NCBI RefSeq assembly: GCF_018350175.1
Contig: NC_058368.1
Span: forward strand, 215,390,001-215,454,000
Reading direction: 5' to 3'
DNA length: 64,000 nucleotides
DNA from: Felis catus
Taxonomy: Eukaryota
Part shown: one piece after another, positions 62,441-64,000 of the stretch
How the letters are laid out: each line of letters starts with the position of its first letter
How positions within the stretch are numbered: the first letter of the stretch is position 1
The notes under the pieces: generated by a model
Databases searched by the model: none
Told to the model about the DNA's origin: nothing
What the model saw: the letters and a program-made list of their open reading frames with translations, nothing else
Translations under genes and position numbers: made by a program

Positions 62441-64000
62441 TGTGGGTGTGAATGTACATGTATTTTAATAAGCAATGTATATTTTTCCAATATTTCATTA
62501 GGAAAAATGCATCAGAGCATATATTTTCACTATATTCCATACCAACCGATGTACATATGTTTTTTTGTTTTTGTTTTTTTGCTTATGTTCCCCATGTTTC
62601 ATTTTCTCACAAACCCGTGTTGCCACCCAGGCTCTGTTTCTTCTCTTTTTTTCCACACTGGATAGTGACTTTCCCTAAGCTCCTATAAGTTTCCTAAGAT
62701 GATCTTGAAAAATTTCACATTATTTACCCATTCATTATTAAGAGTATATTAGAATTCATCTTTGCTATTTGAGCATGTCCTAGAGCTTAGGTAGTCTGCC
62801 CAAATGGATAATCAAATATTTCTTTCTGGTGAATAACAGAAAATCCACATTAAAGTTTCTCTTTATGTAAATATGAGTTATATCTTATAAATAACATATT
62901 TCAACCAGACAAAATAATTTGCAAGTTGAGAATAAAGAACTAAACATTTTAAAATAACATGACTGGATCTCTGAAAATATAGATGTCTGAGTTGTAAAAT
63001 ATGGGAAATAGATAGTTACACTATATATGATGGGAAATAGTATATATATTTTCTCGTTACTGATTGTATTTACTATCTTTTAGAGTTTACGTTGGTCTTG
63101 GGAGATGTCAGAATATGTCCAATAGTTCTGTTGGTAGTGTTCATGAATTTTTACTAGACATTGGGCTAGTTCATCATCACACTTGTTCAGAAATTCTAAA
63201 GGACAGCTGAACACACTGAGACTGGTAAAACCAGTATTTTCCCTTATTGACTTATCTGCATATTTTGAGGTGTTAGAGATAAGAATTGGTAGGTTTAACA
63301 AGAAACCCTCAGAAAACATCATAATAAATGGCAAAGACCTAAGTAAAGACATTTCTGGAGACAGAGTTTAGTGTTTCAAGGGAATGGATGGAGATGGGCA
63401 GATGAAAAGTAAGACTATAAAAGCTGACCCCATATAATAATTGAACTCTAGACTGAGAAATCAAGGCTAGTCAGTAAGTGGAATGTTGAGAACTTGTGAC
63501 ACATTTCATTTTGGAGGGTTTTGCTTTCTGGATTTTGAGAACATTTGTAATTTATACAGTTTTCAATTTTTCCAATACTACAGTATAACGCTTTGTTGAA
63601 ATTTTTCTTGTCCTAGAATATCTACAGTTATTAAACCTATCATGTTTGATGTGTAGGGATATATGAAAATGTCAGGGAATTAAAGGGAGAACTGGGAGAG
63701 TTGTGCTAGCAGAGAATAAACTGCATTCTTTCCAGGGAACTTTGTCCCAGGATTCTAAACATTGGCCCAGGATGAAACTGAGAAAATTGAGGAAAAAGCC
63801 AGGATGCTGAGGAGGAGGTTTTAATGGAGAACAAAGGAAAGGGGAAGAATTAACATAGTAGCAACAACAACAAAACATTTGTTTTGTTTTTCATCTGTTT
63901 TTTACTGTTGCTGATTCTTCTCATCATCTAATGTGGTCAAAGTTGCTGATACCATGTGTGTTTTGTTTTTTTAATCCTCGTTGATATATTGCTAGTTATC

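Noticed and set aside
63110..63170. Possible hairpin
   Set aside because: Pairing too interrupted to be convincing.

Overview
AT-rich, transposon-dense mammalian genomic DNA. Young Can-SINE/SINEC_Fc-type elements and carnivore L1s point to a cat-family (Felidae) genome. There is no complete protein-coding gene: the long ORFs are L1/ERV-L remnants, SINE read-throughs or microsatellite artefacts. About 26 Can-SINEs (many with clean TSDs), numerous nested L1 fragments (mostly minus strand), an ERV-L internal remnant, MLT1/MLT2/other LTRs, MER58A, MIR and L2 fragments fill most of the window. Two signals stand out in the unique sequence. (1) A plus-strand 3' splice site at 8578 with a 110-nt AG-free, YCAY-rich tract, followed by stops and a 3'UTR-like region with AATAAA, is a candidate alternative last exon of an unidentified gene. 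(2) A ~165-bp inverted repeat (50753-50914 / 52878-53048), not recognisable as a transposon and with a 30-bp perfect core, brackets ~2 kb; each arm carries a splice acceptor on one strand and a donor on the other, making it a candidate long-range RNA duplex or back-splicing module. Repeat family names are by-eye recognitions and boundaries of old elements are approximate.
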